Assembly: GCA_031291675.1 (NCBI GenBank)
Contig: JARLIO010000084.1
Location: 10,282-74,281, forward strand
Origin: Azospirillaceae bacterium
GTDB taxonomy: Bacteria > Pseudomonadota > Alphaproteobacteria > Azospirillales > Azospirillaceae
Direction of reading: 5' to 3'
Length of the DNA: 64,000 bases
In this document: in pieces, positions 9,110 through 19,123 of the stretch
How the letters are laid out: every line of letters starts with the position of its first letter
How positions within the stretch are numbered: the first letter of the stretch is position 1
Made by a program: the position numbers and the translations under genes
The notes under the pieces: generated by a model
Seen by the model: only the letters and a program-made list of their open reading frames with translations
What the model was told of the DNA's origin: nothing
Databases searched by the model: none

Positions 9110-9943
9110 ATGAAGATTTTTCATCTCCATTTGGTCTCCGATGCCACGGGTGAGACCATCAACAGCGTCGCAAGGGCCTGTGTCGCGCAGTTCGATCAGG
9201 TCACACCGGTCGAGCATTTCTGGAATCTGGTTCGAACCGGCCGCCAGCTCGAAATGGTGATCGAGGGGATTCGTGATAATCCCGGCCTGGTGATGTTCAC
9301 GCTTGTTGATGCCGAGTTGCGGCGACAGCTTCAGGATGTGTGTCGCGCGCTGCAAATCCCCTGCGTTCCGGTTCTGGATCCGCTGATCGCGGCGCTTGTG
9401 AGTTATCTCGGCATAGAGTCGCAGAGCCAGCCGGGCCGGCAGCATCTGCTTGATGCCGAGTATTTCGGTCGCATGGACGCGATGGATTTTGCGCTGACCC
9501 ATGATGATGGTCAGGCGGCGGAAGAGCTTCACCTCGCTGACGTCATCCTGATCGGGGTATCGCGCACCTCGAAAACGCCGACGTGCATTTACCTGGCCAA
9601 TCGGGGGATCAAGGCGGCCAATATCCCGCTGGTTCCGGGGGTGGCACTGCCGCTGGAGCTCGCCCAGGTCAGCCGGCCCCTGATTGTCGGCTTGACCAAG
9701 GATGCCGATCGCCTGGTTCAGATCAGGCGCAATCGATTGAAACTGCTGAACCAGAGCGAGCAGAGCAGCTATGTTGACCCGGAGATCGTTCGTCAGGAGC
9801 TGGCCAACGCCCGCCGGCTTTATAGTTCGCAGGGTTGGCCGGTGATCGATGTCACGCGGCGATCGATCGAGGAAACAGCGGCGGAAATCATGATGTTGCT
9901 GACGAAGCGGCGCGCCGTATCGGACGCGGGGACCGGGAAATGA
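9110..9943 (+). CDS. Pyruvate, phosphate/water dikinase regulatory kinase-pyrophosphorylase (DUF299/PSRP)
   Basis: Motifs HLVSDATGET, HDDGQ, GVSRTSKTPTCIYLANRG and IDVTRRSIEETAA. Confidence 0.93.
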   Translation: MKIFHLHLVSDATGETINSVARACVAQFDQVTPVEHFWNLVRTGRQLEMVIEGIRDNPGLVMFTLVDAELRRQLQDVCRALQIPCVPVLDPLIAALVSYLGIESQSQPGRQHLLDAEYFGRMDAMDFALTHDDGQAAEELHLADVILIGVSRTSKTPTCIYLANRGIKAANIPLVPGVALPLELAQVSRPLIVGLTKDADRLVQIRRNRLKLLNQSEQSSYVDPEIVRQELANARRLYSSQGWPVIDVTRRSIEETAAEIMMLLTKRRAVSDAGTGK

Positions 9944-10551
9944 TGGCGCTTGCCCAGCAGCCGCTGGTGCTGGCTTCCGGATCGCTGACCCGGGTTCGCA
10001 TGCTGGAACAGGCCGGCCTGGTCATCGTCCCGGATCGGCCCGGGCTAGATGAGGAGGCGGTCAAGCACAGTTGCCGCAACAGCGATTTGTCCGCGGCCGA
10101 GACGGCCGAAACATTGGCGATGATGAAGGCGCAGCGTGTCAGCCCGCGTCATTCCGACCGCATCGTGATCGGTGCCGACCAGATGCTGGAATGTGGCGAC
10201 GACTGGTTCGACAAGCCCGAAGACCGGGCGGCGGCGCGCGGGCAATTGCTGGCCCTGGCGGGTCGCACCCATCATTTGCACAGTGTCGTTGTGGCGGTCC
10301 GCAATGGCCATCGGCTGTGGCACCATGCGGCCCAGGCCAGCCTGACGATGCGGCCCTTTGGGCCGGCGTTCGTTGACCGTTATCTTGATGCGGTTGGTGA
10401 CAGCATTCTCGGTTCGGTCGGTGCCTACCACATCGAGGGGATCGGGGCGCACCTGTTCGCCCGCGTGCAAGGTGATCATTTTACCATTCTGGGGCTGCCG
10501 CTGCTGCCGCTCCTGGATTTTCTTCGTGTCCAAGGCGTCATCGCATCATGA
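9940..10551 (+). CDS. maf: Maf family nucleotide pyrophosphatase
   Basis: Motifs LVLASGS, IGADQML and GAYHIEG...ILGLPL; ATGA overlap with the upstream gene. Confidence 0.92.
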   Translation: MMALAQQPLVLASGSLTRVRMLEQAGLVIVPDRPGLDEEAVKHSCRNSDLSAAETAETLAMMKAQRVSPRHSDRIVIGADQMLECGDDWFDKPEDRAAARGQLLALAGRTHHLHSVVVAVRNGHRLWHHAAQASLTMRPFGPAFVDRYLDAVGDSILGSVGAYHIEGIGAHLFARVQGDHFTILGLPLLPLLDFLRVQGVIAS

Positions 10552-11402
10552 GACCCACAGGAAAAGCGCGCGTTGCCGGCGTCATTGGTTGGCCGGTGGC
10601 GCATTCGCGGTCACCACGGGTCCATGGTTACTGGCTCGATCTGTATGGCATTGACGGCGCCTATGTTCCTTTGGCGGTGCCGCCGCAGCGCCTCGGCGAT
10701 GCCATCCGCGGTCTGGCGGCGCTTGGTTTTCGCGGCGCCAACGTCACGGTTCCGCACAAGCAGGCGGTGATGCCCTTTCTCGATGTCATCGAGGCCGCGG
10801 CGCAACGCATCGGCGCCGTCAACACCATTGTGGTCGGTGATAACGGCCTGCTGACCGGGACCAACACCGATGGTTTCGGTTTCCTCGCCAATTTGCGCGC
10901 GGCGTGCCCGGGCTGGCGGGCCGCGGATGGTCCGGCGGTGGTGATTGGCGCCGGCGGGGCGGCCCGGGCTGTCGTGGTGAGCCTGCTCGATGCCGGCGTA
11001 CCGTCGGTGCGCCTGATCAATCGAACCGACGCGCGCGCCCATGATTTGGCCGGTGCCCTGGGTGGCGCGCCGGGAACGGCGATCGAGGTCGTGGCCTGGG
11101 ACCAGCGGGCGGCGGCGCTGGGCGATGCCGGTCTCCTGGTCAATACCACGACCCAGGGCATGGAGGGTCACGCCGCGCTTGACCTCGTGCTTGATGACCT
11201 GCCCGGTGCGGCGACGGTTACCGACATCGTCTATACGCCGTTGGAGACCCCGTTGCTGGCGGCCGCGCGGGCCCGGGGGAATCCCGTCGTCGATGGGTTG
11301 GGGATGCTGTTGCACCAGGCGCGTCCTGGCTTCCAGGCGTGGTTCGGCCGCTTGCCGGAGGTGACGCCGGCACTGCGCGACGTCGTTCTGGCCCCGGGAT
11401 AA
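10548..11402 (+). CDS. aroE: Shikimate dehydrogenase
   Basis: Motifs GWPVAHSRSP, GANVTVPHK, NTDGFGF, GAGGAARA and DGLGMLLHQA. Confidence 0.96.
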   Translation: MRPTGKARVAGVIGWPVAHSRSPRVHGYWLDLYGIDGAYVPLAVPPQRLGDAIRGLAALGFRGANVTVPHKQAVMPFLDVIEAAAQRIGAVNTIVVGDNGLLTGTNTDGFGFLANLRAACPGWRAADGPAVVIGAGGAARAVVVSLLDAGVPSVRLINRTDARAHDLAGALGGAPGTAIEVVAWDQRAAALGDAGLLVNTTTQGMEGHAALDLVLDDLPGAATVTDIVYTPLETPLLAAARARGNPVVDGLGMLLHQARPGFQAWFGRLPEVTPALRDVVLAPG

Positions 11403-11441
11403 CCCCAATCCGCGATGAGTTTGATTCAACGCCAATGGGAA

Positions 11442-11584
11442 TCGGCCCGCGGGCTGCCGCCTGCACCCGCTCGGGGTGAACCCGGAACCCCCTCTATTTT
11501 GACAAAAACAAAGGGGTCTGGGGCATGGCCCCCGTTCGGTTTGGGCGAAAGCCCAACGCTGCGTCGCCAAAATGAAAACCGCTG
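11442..11584 (+). mobile_element. MITE copy 3 (left terminal repeat missing)
   Basis: Core plus right end GCCAAAATGAAAACCGCTG; similarity begins at TCGGCCCGCGGGCTGCCG. Confidence 0.85.
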
Positions 11585-11663
11585 CCCTATCTTCCCGCCG
11601 CTATCCGCGCGTGCTAAATCCACCGCACGGCGCCGGGCGATGTTTCGCGGGAGAAGGTGGGAG

Positions 11664-12320
11664 ATGGTCATTGTCGGATTGACCGGCTCGATCGGTATGG
11701 GCAAGACCACGGCCGCCATGATGTTGCAGCGGATGGGCGTTCCGATCCACAGTTCCGATGCCGCGGTTCATCGGCTGCTGGGACCCGGCGGTGCCGCGGT
11801 CGGGCCGGTCGGCCGGGCTTTTCCGGGCGTGGTCCACGATGGCGCCGTCGATCGTCGCGCCCTGGCGGAACGCGTGTTCGGCAGACCCGACGCGCTGCGG
11901 CGTCTTGAGGCGATTGTGCATCCCCTGGTTCGGGCCGCCCAGAACCGGTTTTTGGCGTGTGCCGCGACCCATCACGCCCGGATTGTCGTGCTCGACATTC
12001 CGCTCTTGTTCGAAACCGGAGCGGATCGCCGGGTTGATGCGACGATCTGCGTCACGGCACCGGTATTCCTGCAGCGACAACGGGTTCTGGCGCGACCGGG
12101 GATGACCGTGACGCGACTCGAAGCGATCCGCCAGGCACAGATGGCGGATGCCACCAAACGGCGGCGTGCCGATTTCGTGGTTCAGACCGGATCGGGTCGA
12201 GCCTTCACCCGGCGGCGCCTGCGTGCGGTGATCCGGCATTTGCGTTTGTGCCACGGTCGGCACTGGCCGTTGCCGGGATACCTGTCGCCGGGCCCGGGAA
12301 TGAAAGGAATGGAATCATGA
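11664..12320 (+). CDS. coaE: Dephospho-CoA kinase
   Basis: Motifs VGLTGSIGMGKTT, LEAIVHPLV and LDIPLLFE. Confidence 0.95.
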   Translation: MVIVGLTGSIGMGKTTAAMMLQRMGVPIHSSDAAVHRLLGPGGAAVGPVGRAFPGVVHDGAVDRRALAERVFGRPDALRRLEAIVHPLVRAAQNRFLACAATHHARIVVLDIPLLFETGADRRVDATICVTAPVFLQRQRVLARPGMTVTRLEAIRQAQMADATKRRRADFVVQTGSGRAFTRRRLRAVIRHLRLCHGRHWPLPGYLSPGPGMKGMES

Positions 12321-13051
12321 GCCAGATGGAATCCGGGAACGGCGACGCCGTGGCACCGGCGGGCATTCGCGAGATTGCGCTCGATACCGAAACAACCGGT
12401 TTTGATCCGCTGATGGGCGACCGCGTCGTTGAAATCGGTTGCGTCGAATTGATCAACCATGTGGCGACGGATCGGAAATTCCATTGCTATCTCAATCCGG
12501 AGCGCGATGTTCCCGCTGACGCCGTCGCGGTGCATGGCCAGACCGAGGACTTCCTGGCCGACAAGCCGGTGTTCGCTGCGGTGGTCGGGGACTTCCTCGA
12601 CTTCATCGCCGACTCCCCGCTGATCATCCACAACGCCGAATTTGATATCAAATTTCTGAATGCCGAATTGCGACGCCTGGCCATGCCGGCGATTCCGATC
12701 AGCCGCGCCATCGATACCGTCCAGGTGGCACGCCGCCGCTTTCCCGGTGCACCGGCCAGCTTGGACGCGCTGTGCCGGCGTTTTGAGATCGATAATACCG
12801 ACCGGACCCTGCACGGCGCGTTGCTTGATGCCCGCCTGCTGGCCAAGGTCTATCTGGAGCTTCTGGGGGGTCGTCAGCCGGGTCTGGTTCTGGCCGGTGC
12901 TGCAATCGCCACGGTCGAAGGTGAGGCCACGCCGGTCGAGCGCCGCTACCGGGAGCCGCGGCCTCATGCCCCGCGGGACGAGGAGCGGGAGGCTCACGCC
13001 GCCTTGCTCAAGCAGCTGAAAAATCCGCTGTGGTTGAGCGAAACGGCGTGA
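12317..13051 (+). CDS. dnaQ: DNA polymerase III epsilon subunit
   Basis: Motifs LDTETTG, HNAEFD and HGALLDARLLAKVYLELLGGRQ. Confidence 0.96.
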   Translation: MSQMESGNGDAVAPAGIREIALDTETTGFDPLMGDRVVEIGCVELINHVATDRKFHCYLNPERDVPADAVAVHGQTEDFLADKPVFAAVVGDFLDFIADSPLIIHNAEFDIKFLNAELRRLAMPAIPISRAIDTVQVARRRFPGAPASLDALCRRFEIDNTDRTLHGALLDARLLAKVYLELLGGRQPGLVLAGAAIATVEGEATPVERRYREPRPHAPRDEEREAHAALLKQLKNPLWLSETA

Positions 13052-13063
13052 GCCCCGGCACCG

Positions 13064-14035
13064 TCACGGCACCAGGACGGTCGATCCGGTGGTCTTGCGG
13101 GATTCCAGTGCCCGGTGTGCATCCGCGGCATCGCGCAACGCGAAACTCTGGTTGACCTCGAGCCGGACGTCCCCGGACTCGACGACGTCGAAGAACGCGG
13201 CGGCAGAGGCCAATAACTCGGCGCGTGAGGCGGTGTAGGTCGTCAGCGTCGGCCGGGTGACATAGAGCGATCCTTTGCTGGCCAGGATCCCCAGATTGAA
13301 GCCGTCGACGGCGCCTGACGCGTTTCCGAAGCAGACCATCAGGCCGCGGGGTTTCAGGCAATCCAGGCTTCCGGTAAAGGTCGCCTTGCCGACGCTGTCA
13401 TAGACCACGGGAACGCCGGCCCCGTCGGTGATTTCCCGAACCCGGGCGACCCAGTCTTCCCGGGTCGAGACGACAGCGTGAGTGCAGCCATGCTGGCGGG
13501 CGATCTCCGCTTTTTCGTCCGTGCTGACAATGCCGATCGTGGTGACGCCCAGCTTGCGCGCCCATTGGCACAGGATCAGCCCGACGCCACCCGCCGCGGC
13601 ATGAACCACAATGGTTTCCCCGGGCTGAACCCGGTAGGTCGAGCACAACAGATATTGCGCCGTCATGCCCTGGAGCAGGGACGCGGCGGCCTGGCGATCA
13701 TCGATCGTGGCCGGCAGCGGGACCAGGTTCTTGGCCGGAATGATGCGGGCCTCGGCATAGGACCCGGCCACGCCGGCATAAGCGACACGATCGCCGACCT
13801 TGAGGTCGCTGACACCATCGCCGATCGCCTCGACGACGCCGGCGGCCGCCTGTCCGGGAATTAGCGGCAGCGTCGCCGGATAGAGGCCGCTGCGGAAATA
13901 GATATCGATGAAATTGAGACCGACAGCGGTCTGCCGCAACCGGACGGCGCCGGGCGGCGGGGCGTCGACGGCGACGTTCTCCCACGTCAGGACCTCGGGA
14001 CCACCGGTCTTATGGATCCGAATTGCCTGGACCAT
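13064..14035 (-). CDS. qor: NADPH:quinone oxidoreductase (zeta-crystallin family)
   Basis: Motifs GLNFIDIYFRSGLYP, HAAAGGVG, YDSVGK and KGSLYVTRPTL. Confidence 0.9.
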   Translation of the reverse strand: MVQAIRIHKTGGPEVLTWENVAVDAPPPGAVRLRQTAVGLNFIDIYFRSGLYPATLPLIPGQAAAGVVEAIGDGVSDLKVGDRVAYAGVAGSYAEARIIPAKNLVPLPATIDDRQAAASLLQGMTAQYLLCSTYRVQPGETIVVHAAAGGVGLILCQWARKLGVTTIGIVSTDEKAEIARQHGCTHAVVSTREDWVARVREITDGAGVPVVYDSVGKATFTGSLDCLKPRGLMVCFGNASGAVDGFNLGILASKGSLYVTRPTLTTYTASRAELLASAAAFFDVVESGDVRLEVNQSFALRDAADAHRALESRKTTGSTVLVP

Positions 14036-14132
14036 GGATCCTTACCTCTCTCGTCAAAATGAAACGCACCGGTTTCACGGCCGGCGCCGGGTGGACGTCA
14101 GGAGCCGGCCCGTCGAGCCGGCCCCTGACTAG

Positions 14133-14831
14133 TTATGCGCGGAGATGAAGCGCGAGAAAATCGGCAGTGCGCTGATTGGCCAGCGTCGCCGCGGCGGCGT
14201 CAAAATGGGCGCCGCCGACGCGGGCGAAGGCGTGGTCGCAAGCGGCATAGCTATGGGTTTCGACCTGGGGGAGCGGGGCCAGAGCATCGCGGATTTTGCT
14301 CTGAGCCGCGGGCGGTACGAACTGGTCTTTTTCGGCGATGTGAAGCATCAGCGGCTTGGTGATCGAACCGATCTCGCCCAGATTGTCGGCCAGACCGACG
14401 CCGTAATAGCTGACGGCGGCATCGACATCGCTGCGCGTCGCCATCAAGAACGCCAGCTTGCCGCCGAGGCAATAGCCGACGGTACCGACCTTGCCGGTGA
14501 CGCCGTCCATTGTCCGCAGCAAGGCCAGCGTGGCCTTGAGGTCAAGGATCCCCTTGTCGATATCGAAGCCCTGCAGAAGTTCGAAGGCCCGGGCCCACTC
14601 GGCCTCGGTTTTGTCGGTGATTTGCACGCCGGGCTCCTGGCGCCAGAACAGATCCGGGGCCAGAACGACATAGCCCTGAGCGGCCAGGCCGTCGGCCAGA
14701 TCGCGGATCCCGGCGTTAACGCCGAAGATCTCCTGGATCACCACAACTCCCGGACCGCTGCCGGATTGCGGGCGTGCTAGGTAACCGGTAAAGCTCCCGC
14801 CATCGGCGGCTTCAATCGTTATGTCGGGCAT
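14133..14831 (-). CDS. Dienelactone hydrolase family protein
   Basis: Motifs QEIFGVN, GYCLGG and HAFAR. Confidence 0.92.
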   Translation of the reverse strand: MPDITIEAADGGSFTGYLARPQSGSGPGVVVIQEIFGVNAGIRDLADGLAAQGYVVLAPDLFWRQEPGVQITDKTEAEWARAFELLQGFDIDKGILDLKATLALLRTMDGVTGKVGTVGYCLGGKLAFLMATRSDVDAAVSYYGVGLADNLGEIGSITKPLMLHIAEKDQFVPPAAQSKIRDALAPLPQVETHSYAACDHAFARVGGAHFDAAAATLANQRTADFLALHLRA

Positions 14832-14915
14832 GACCCATTCCCCTGTCCATGTGTTTCGCGATTGAATTCACGGTGTCTTCGCGCAGCCGGTAGATGGGGC
14901 CGGGATTGCGGCTTG

Positions 14916-17009
14916 TCACCCCGGATGCTCGTTGAGCGATGGTCCCGTTTCGCGCCACAGCCGCTCCAGCAGCCGCGGATCGGTGATCGGCGCCGAGCAG
15001 GTCATGCCATGGCATAGATAAAGTGCCGCGCGGCCATCGATCAGGGTTTTGCCCGCTGCGGCATGGCTGGGGGGCAGTGTCTGGTCGGGCGGCAACAGCA
15101 TCACAACCCGGTTGGGGTCGGCGCAGCGTCGGAGCGCGGCAAGCAGGGCGTCATAGCCGGGGGTCTGCGCGTCGCCGACCAGCACGGCCTGCTGCGCGCG
15201 GAGGCGCAGATCGGCGGCGTTGAGCAGGGTGCACAGCGGGAAGAAATTTCGCTCGATTTCGCCTGCGAATGTCAGCAGCAGTGCTTCGGCGCGGTCGCGG
15301 AACCGATCCTCGCCGGTGAGAAAATAAAGCCGCAGCAGCAGCTCGGCCATCGTGCCGTTGCCCGAGGGAACGGCACTGTCATGGGCGTTGCGGCTGCGGA
15401 CAATCAGCCGCTCGGCGTCGTCCGCCGTGAAGAAATAGCCGCCCGCTTTCCTGTCCCAGAAATGCTGGTCGAGCGTGTCGACCCAAACGCGCGCCTGATC
15501 GAGATAGCGGGGATTTCCCGTGGTTTCGCCCAGGATCACCGCGGCCCGGGCCATGTTGGCGTAGTCGTCGAGCATGCCGGCATGTTTCAGGATGCCGTGA
15601 CGCCAGGAATGGCCCAGGCGACCATTCTTACCCATCCGGTCGCAGACAAAGGCAAAGGCACGCTCGGCCGCCGCGGTCCACGCCGGATCGCCGAAAGCGA
15701 ATCCGGCCTGGGCCAGGGCGGCGATCATCAGGCCGTTCCAATCGGCCAGGACCTTGTCGTCCCAGCCCGGGCGGACCCGTTGCTGTCGCGCGTCGAGCAG
15801 CCGGGCGCGCCAACCGTCGCGTTCGGCTTCGGTGGCGGGATCGTCGAGCGCCAGCGAGCCCAGGCGGTTGAGGATATTCGTGCCTTCCCAGTTTCCCGCG
15901 GCCGAGACACCATAAACCGGCTTGAACCGTGTGGCGTCGGCGCCGAGGATCTGGTCGATCTCGGCCTCGGACCAGACATAGAACCGGCCTTCGACGCCCT
16001 CGCTGTCAGCGTCCAACGTCGCGGCAAAGGCGCCGTCACCGCCCTCGGCCAGCATTTCGCGCAGCGTCCAGGCAATGGTCTCGCGCACCCGGCGCGCCAG
16101 CAGAGCGTCGCCGGTGTCGAGCCACACCAGCGTCATCAGGGCGATCAGCTGAGCATTGTCGTACAGCATCTTCTCGAAATGCGGGACCAGCCAGATCGGA
16201 TCGGTCGAATAGCGGGCGAAACCGCCGCCGAGATGATCATAGATACCGCCCTGGGCCAAATGGCGCAGCGTGGTGAGCACGGCATCGCGATAGTCGGCGC
16301 GGCCCGTTCGTTTCCAGGCGCGCCACAGCAATTCGAACAGAAAGGGCTGGGGAAATTTGGGCGCGGAACCGAGGCCGCCATCAACGGGATCGACCTCGCG
16401 CAGCAGGCGGTCGGCGATCATGTCGAGATTGACCGCGGTGATCTCGACACCCGGTTGGCTGTCGGCCAGGCGTGTCAGCGATCGGCCCAATGCTGCAACA
16501 TTGTTGGTCACCTTGTCGGGGGAGAGCCGGCAGGCTTCGGCGACCGAGCGCAGCACGTCGGCAAAGGCCGGGCGGCCCCAGCGCGACGTCGGCGGAAAGT
16601 AGGTGCCGCCCCAGAACGGGTCACCGGCGGCGGTCAGAAACATGGTCAGCGGCCAGCCGCCTTGTTGCCCGAGCAAGGCCAGCGCCGTCTGGTAGATATG
16701 GTCGAGATCTGGGCGTTCTTCGCGGTCGACCTTGATCGCGACGAACAGCGAATTGATAATCGTGGCGGTGTCGGGATCTTCGAAGCTCTCATGGGCCATG
16801 ACATGGCACCAATGGCATGCGGCATAGCCGATCGAGAGCAGGATGGGCTTGTCTTCGTCGAGCGCCCGGGCGAAGGCCGCCTCGGTCCAGGGCATCCAGT
16901 GCACCGGATTATTCTTGTGTTGCAGCAGATAGGGGCTGGTTTCCCCGGCGAGCGCGTTGTCCGGCCACGATGCGGCCTGGGGGTGCGAAGACGTCTGGTC
17001 GGCGGACAT
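14916..17009 (-). CDS. Thioredoxin-domain protein YyaL/DUF255 (SPATA20-like)
   Basis: Motifs [31 protein letters not shown] and [11 protein letters not shown]. Confidence 0.92.
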   Translation of the reverse strand: MSADQTSSHPQAASWPDNALAGETSPYLLQHKNNPVHWMPWTEAAFARALDEDKPILLSIGYAACHWCHVMAHESFEDPDTATIINSLFVAIKVDREERPDLDHIYQTALALLGQQGGWPLTMFLTAAGDPFWGGTYFPPTSRWGRPAFADVLRSVAEACRLSPDKVTNNVAALGRSLTRLADSQPGVEITAVNLDMIADRLLREVDPVDGGLGSAPKFPQPFLFELLWRAWKRTGRADYRDAVLTTLRHLAQGGIYDHLGGGFARYSTDPIWLVPHFEKMLYDNAQLIALMTLVWLDTGDALLARRVRETIAWTLREMLAEGGDGAFAATLDADSEGVEGRFYVWSEAEIDQILGADATRFKPVYGVSAAGNWEGTNILNRLGSLALDDPATEAERDGWRARLLDARQQRVRPGWDDKVLADWNGLMIAALAQAGFAFGDPAWTAAAERAFAFVCDRMGKNGRLGHSWRHGILKHAGMLDDYANMARAAVILGETTGNPRYLDQARVWVDTLDQHFWDRKAGGYFFTADDAERLIVRSRNAHDSAVPSGNGTMAELLLRLYFLTGEDRFRDRAEALLLTFAGEIERNFFPLCTLLNAADLRLRAQQAVLVGDAQTPGYDALLAALRRCADPNRVVMLLPPDQTLPPSHAAAGKTLIDGRAALYLCHGMTCSAPITDPRLLERLWRETGPSLNEHPG

Positions 17010-17124
17010 GCGGGCCTTTCTGTCAGCGGGCGGGACGGGCAGGGCGGCGTTGCGGCCGGACAGCCTATCTGTATAGTGAGGGGAGCCGGCGTTGGCTTAC
17101 CCGTCATAGTTGGGGGCTCAGGGC

Positions 17125-17376
17125 ATGAAAATCACGGTCGATGTCGACTGCACCGCCGACGAGGCGCGACAATTTTTAGGGCTGCCCGACGTCAAGCCGA
17201 TGCAGGACGCGCTGTTAACGCAGATGCAGGAGCGGATGAGCGCCGGATTGCAGGCGATGGAGCCGGAAGCCATGATCAAGGCGTGGCTGCCGGCGAGCAT
17301 CCAGGGCCTGGAGCAATTGCAACGGATGTTTTGGAGCCAAGTGGCGACGGCCCTGGGAAAGGATGGCAAGAAGTGA
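17125..17376 (+). CDS. Small conserved protein (DUF6489-like)
   Basis: N-terminus MKITVDVDCTADEARQFLGLPDVKPMQ; family assignment from recall. Confidence 0.75.
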   Translation: MKITVDVDCTADEARQFLGLPDVKPMQDALLTQMQERMSAGLQAMEPEAMIKAWLPASIQGLEQLQRMFWSQVATALGKDGKK

Positions 17377-17738
17377 CGGATCCGGCACCGTATTATCGCA
17401 TTCATGTGTTCTGCTGCGTCAATCAGCGGCCGGAAGGGCACCCGAGGGGCAGTTGTGCCGCCCAGGGTGCCCAGGGGCTGCGGAACTTTCTCGCGGCCCG
17501 GTGTCGCGAACTCGGGATCGAAGGGATCCGCGTCAACAATGCCGGATGCCTGGACCGCTGCGAGCTGGGGCCGGTGATGGTCATCTATCCGGAAGGCGTC
17601 TGGTACGCCTATAGCACCAGCGAGGACATCGAGGAGATCCTGCAAACGCATGTGATCGGGGGCGGCCGGGTTGATCGCCTGTTGTTGCAGCCGGAGCAGA
17701 AAACGAGGGACGGTGTCGTGGGATCGCCGGGGGCGTGA
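17373..17738 (+). CDS. Thioredoxin-like [2Fe-2S] ferredoxin
   Basis: Motif HVFCCVNQR...RGSC...NNAGCLDRCELGPVMVIYPEGVWY; it is the 3' end of the long 15063..17738 ORF, with GTGA overlaps on both sides. Confidence 0.9.
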   Translation: MTDPAPYYRIHVFCCVNQRPEGHPRGSCAAQGAQGLRNFLAARCRELGIEGIRVNNAGCLDRCELGPVMVIYPEGVWYAYSTSEDIEEILQTHVIGGGRVDRLLLQPEQKTRDGVVGSPGA

Positions 17739-19069
17739 GCGTGCCCGAGGACACGATTTTTGCCCTGGCCTCGGCGGCCGGTCGCGCCGGTGTTGCCGTG
17801 ATCCGCGTCTCGGGGCCGGGGGCAGGGGCTGCGGTCCGCGCTCTGACCGACCGGCCGGTACCGGAAGCGCGCCGGGCCAGCTTGCGCCATCTGGCGGATC
17901 CGGCGAGCGGCGAGCGGCTCGATGATGCCCTGGTGTTGTGGTTTCCCGGCCCGGCCAGCTTCACCGGGGAGGATGTCGTCGAGTTCCATGTCCATGGCGG
18001 CCGGGCGATTCTGACCGGCGTCACGGAGGCGCTGGCGGCGTTGCCTGGGCTGCGACCGGCGGGGCCGGGCGATTTCAGCCGACGCGCGTTCGAACAGGGC
18101 CGGCTGGATCTGACCGCGGTGGAGGCGATCGCGGACCTGGTCGATGCCGAAACCGCGGCGCAGCGGCGCCAGGCGCTGCGCCAGATGGACGGTGCCCTGG
18201 GACAGCTCTATGAGGGTTGGCGCGAGCGGCTGCTCCGTGCGTTGGCCCATCTTGAAGCGGATATCGATTTTGCGGATGAGGATTTGCCCGACGGCGTGGC
18301 GTCGGCGGTGCTGCCGGTGCTGGCGGCGTTGGCCCGGGCGATCGGCGACCATCTTGATGACCGGCATCGCGGTGAAAGGCTGCGCACCGGGCTGCAGGTC
18401 GCAATCGTCGGGGCGCCCAATGTCGGCAAGTCGAGCCTGCTCAACGCGATTGCCGGGCGTGAGGTGGCGATCGTGTCGGCGCTGGCCGGGACGACGCGGG
18501 ATGTCATCGAGGTTCATCTCGACCTGGGGGGTTATCCGGTGACCCTGGCCGATACGGCCGGGCTGCGCGACGCCACGGATGAGATCGAGAGCGAGGGCGT
18601 GCGTCGGGCCCTGGCGCGGGCGGCGGCGGCGGATTTGAAGCTGGTCTTGTTCGATGGCACGGCGGGCGATCCGGATCCGGGCGGCGCCGGCGGGGCGTTG
18701 GTGGATCAGGATGCCCTGGTCGTCGTGACCAAGCGCGACCAATGGCGGGACGGGGTGTCGTTGCCGGCGGGGGCCCTTGGCGTGTCGGCGCGGAGCGGGG
18801 AGGGGGTGGCAACCCTGCTCGAGCGGATTGCCGACCTGGCCGCGTCACGGCTGGGCAGCGGGGACACGCCGGCACTGACGCGGACGCGACATCGCGCGGC
18901 GCTGGAACGGTGCCAGGCGGCGCTGCAACGGGCCCAGCAGGCGCCGCTGCCCGAGCTGGTCGCCGAGGATGTCCGGCTGGCTATGCGCTGCCTCGGCGAG
19001 ATCACCGGGCGGGTCGATGTCGAACAACTGCTCGACGTGATCTTTCGGGACTTTTGTATCGGTAAATAG
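17735..19069 (+). CDS. mnmE: tRNA modification GTPase MnmE
   Basis: Motifs SFTGEDVVEFHVHGG, GAPNVGKSSLLN, GTTRD, DTAGLR and C-terminal FCIGK. Confidence 0.97.
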   Translation: MSVPEDTIFALASAAGRAGVAVIRVSGPGAGAAVRALTDRPVPEARRASLRHLADPASGERLDDALVLWFPGPASFTGEDVVEFHVHGGRAILTGVTEALAALPGLRPAGPGDFSRRAFEQGRLDLTAVEAIADLVDAETAAQRRQALRQMDGALGQLYEGWRERLLRALAHLEADIDFADEDLPDGVASAVLPVLAALARAIGDHLDDRHRGERLRTGLQVAIVGAPNVGKSSLLNAIAGREVAIVSALAGTTRDVIEVHLDLGGYPVTLADTAGLRDATDEIESEGVRRALARAAAADLKLVLFDGTAGDPDPGGAGGALVDQDALVVVTKRDQWRDGVSLPAGALGVSARSGEGVATLLERIADLAASRLGSGDTPALTRTRHRAALERCQAALQRAQQAPLPELVAEDVRLAMRCLGEITGRVDVEQLLDVIFRDFCIGK

Positions 19070-19088
19070 GCGGGACAGTGACCCCGGC

Positions 19089-19104
19089 TGTTTCACGTGA
19101 AACA
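19089..19104. other. parS centromere site
   Basis: TGTTTCACGTGAAACA, embedded in a 26-bp perfect palindrome (19084-19109). Confidence 0.93.
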
Positions 19105-19123
19105 GCCGGCGTCGCCGCGCGAT

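Noticed and set aside
8412..9113. ORFs crossing the hemE / PPDK-regulator intergenic region
   Set aside because: No family motifs; the region is better explained as oriC.
15063..17372. 891-aa + strand ORF 15063..17738
   Set aside because: Mostly the antisense shadow of the YyaL gene; only the last 121 codons (ferredoxin) look real.
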